Source: Oopsacas minuta (Eukaryota > Animalia > Porifera). Taken from it: a stretch of DNA of 8,066 nucleotides. Below, in pieces: positions 6,878 to 8,066 of this stretch. The stretch spans positions 31,663-39,728 of the forward strand of contig JAKMXF010000067.1 of assembly GCA_024704765.1 (NCBI GenBank). Reading direction: 5' to 3'. Below the pieces are notes generated by a model. That model was not told where the DNA came from and did not search any database. It saw nothing but the letters and a program-made list of their open reading frames with translations. Position 1 is the stretch's first letter, and the number at the start of each line of letters is the position of its first letter. The translations under genes were made by a program, and so were the position numbers.

Positions 6878-6879
6878 TG

Positions 6880-6880
6880 N
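6880..6880. other. Ambiguous base N, probable assembly gap or join at the microsatellite
   Basis: The n lies between the repeat and a C-type lectin exon that stops mid-domain. Confidence 0.75.
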
Positions 6881-7164
6881 GAAGTTCCTATAAGTACTGT
6901 TGCTACCATCTACCCATACAAATGCACTAGCATCAGTACCAGCATCTACATCTATATCATTTAGACCAATTAAACACGAAAAAGAATTATCTAAATCTGT
7001 TATGCTATAGAATAATAGGCTGTCCACTTTGGCTGACTTGATTGTAGCAAGATTTCCTCCCCAGTTATTGCATTCTAATTCGGCATTTGTCCAATTTATT
7101 GGGCTCACAATGAAGTATCCAAATGTTGTATCATCATATATTAGAGAAATATTAGGAGTTTGTG
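6881..7164 (-). CDS. C-type lectin domain exon (N-terminal part), internal exon of a larger gene, truncated at N6880
   Basis: Polypyrimidine acceptor ctttatctctttcttaag|CA at 7165/7164, phase 1. Peptide QTPNISLIYDDTTFGYFIVSPINWTNAELECNNWGGNLATIKS...CLIGLNDIDVDAGTDASAFVWVDGSNSTYRNF contains the W..A...C...GG.LA.I, (W)IGL.D and F.W.DGS...Y.N CTLD motifs, with no stops. Confidence 0.88.
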
Positions 7165-7290
7165 CTTAAGAAAGAGATAAAGAACATGTTATTGAATTTA
7201 TATGTTAGTATATTGACTAGCTAATTCTATACTAAATTTTTAACAGAACTGTTTTACAAAGTCCTTGTACATATATATATCCGAATATTT

Positions 7291-7380
7291 CCATATTTCC
7301 CCGAATAAGCGCCGGGGTTTCATATGAACGAAAAATATAAGCGCCGGGGTTTGATAAGCGTCGGTCTATTATAAGTGCCC
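7291..7380 (+). repeat. Left TIR and subterminal direct repeats of the pogo element
   Basis: ATAAGCGCCGGGGTTT is exact at 7305-7320 and 7337-7352. Degenerate copies are ATAAGCGTCGG at 7354-7364 and ATAAGTGCCC at 7371-7380. Confidence 0.8.
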
Positions 7381-7718
7381 GTTTCAATAAAAGTTAGGGA
7401 TTGAAATTCATTGATCAGTAAAGGTGTACGTATTTGGTATATCACAAGTTTGAATGAATGAATAATGTTTACATTGTGATTCTATCGATTAAAAACTGAA
7501 ACTAGGCGTAATAAACATGTTAGTGTGATCTGATCAAGTGATGTGAAAAATATTCTAATTAGTATAAAGCTCGATTAATAGAGGTTGGATTACAAATTGT
7601 ATTGTATTGAGTTTATATGTTTGATTTTCAAATCGTATAAATAGTAATTTGTGACAAGTACTAGCCATTATTAGCTACATAATACTGTCTTCACTTTCAT
7701 ATTAGCAATAGTAAAAAT

Positions 7719-8066
7719 ATGGAAAAAGGACAAATAAAACTAAAGTTTCATAGCTACACACTTGAATTTAAATTAGAAGCTGTTCGTTTTGTAACTTCTG
7801 GAAATTCAAAGGAAGAAACAGCTCGAAAGTATGGTGTCGACTACAAGCGCATCCGGGAGTGGTGCAAAAACAAAGACAAGTTGGAAGATAGTTGTGAAGC
7901 TGCTCATAATGCAAAACGTCGTAGGCTAGATGGCGGTGGTCGGCCGCCTTCATTCGAGACGTTGGAAGAAAGTTTGTATTCATGGATTGAGGAACTGAGA
8001 AGCCAGAGGCTGAGAGTTACACGTAAAATGGTACAGGGAAAGGCTCTAGAACTCTATGCTGGAGAA
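7719..8066 (+). CDS. pogo-family transposase N-terminus (Brinker-type HTH plus CENP-B/Tc5-type HTH), open to the window edge; absent from the ORF track
   Basis: 116 uninterrupted codons: MEKGQIKLKFHSYTLEFKLEAVRFVTSGNSKEETARKYGVDYKRIREWCKNKDKLEDSCEAAHNAKRRRLDGGGRPPSFETLEESLYSWIEELRSQRLRVTRKMVQGKALELYAGE. Motifs include SYT.EFKL, ARK.GV....IR.W, GGGR and E..L..WI...R......VT. Confidence 0.92.
   Translation, partial: MEKGQIKLKFHSYTLEFKLEAVRFVTSGNSKEETARKYGVDYKRIREWCKNKDKLEDSCEAAHNAKRRRLDGGGRPPSFETLEESLYSWIEELRSQRLRVTRKMVQGKALELYAGE

Larger units (their letters stand above)
7291..8066 (+). mobile_element. pogo/Tc2-type (Tc1/mariner superfamily) DNA transposon, left part
   Basis: The left end CCATATTTCCCCGAATAAGCGCCGG resembles CCGTATTT-type pogo/Tc2 TIRs. 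It is followed by subterminal repeats and a transposase ORF from 7719. Confidence 0.85.

Noticed and set aside
6491-6879. Poly-Val tail of ORF 6491..7108 as part of the C-type lectin protein
   Set aside because: It is read-through across N6880 into the GTA microsatellite. The CTLD is cut mid-domain, and a 40-Val run is implausible.
6581-6964. Poly-Tyr/His ORF (127 aa) and poly-Thr ORF 6606..6893
   Set aside because: These are alternative frames of the microsatellite and the CCA-rich tract. The Thr/Ser frame is mucin-like but lacks splice or start support and ends antisense to the lectin exon, so it was kept only as an alternative.
7305-7380. Direct repeats ATAAGCGCCGGGGTTT as a CRISPR array
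   Set aside because: There are only two exact 16-bp copies with a 16-nt gap, then adjacent degenerate copies. They sit at a transposon end in eukaryotic DNA with no cas genes.
7768-7983. Minus ORF 71 aa
   Set aside because: It is antisense to the pogo transposase.
1-8066. A prokaryotic or phage defence-type system
   Set aside because: GT-AG introns with consistent phases, Ig/CTLD/PTP domains and eukaryotic transposons indicate an animal nuclear genome.

Overview
This is AT-rich, intron-containing animal genomic DNA, not prokaryotic. It resembles a basal invertebrate such as a sponge, but the taxon is an inference. From left to right: (1) a decayed minus-strand Gypsy/GIN-type DDE integrase followed by a linker and an OTU cysteine-protease domain that the ORF track misses, best read as a Ginger1-like transposase (<1-1323). 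It is cut at 1323 by a GC-rich hAT-like terminus next to an ambiguous base (N1407). (2) A plus-strand multi-exon receptor gene (<1457-5249) with five Ig-like modules on mostly phase-1 exons, a transmembrane helix, a tyrosine-motif-rich tail with an ITAM-consensus pair, and one PTP domain with a degenerate active site (HCEDGITKTG). As assembled it carries several 1-bp frameshifts and stops. (3) A patch of transposon debris (about 5360-6460). (4) A Gly-rich low-complexity tract plus a (TAC)40 microsatellite ending at a second N (6880). (5) A minus-strand C-type lectin exon (6881-7164). (6) The left end and open 5' ORF of a pogo/Tc2-type DNA transposon (7291->8066). All domain calls come from manual translation and motif recognition; no database search was run.
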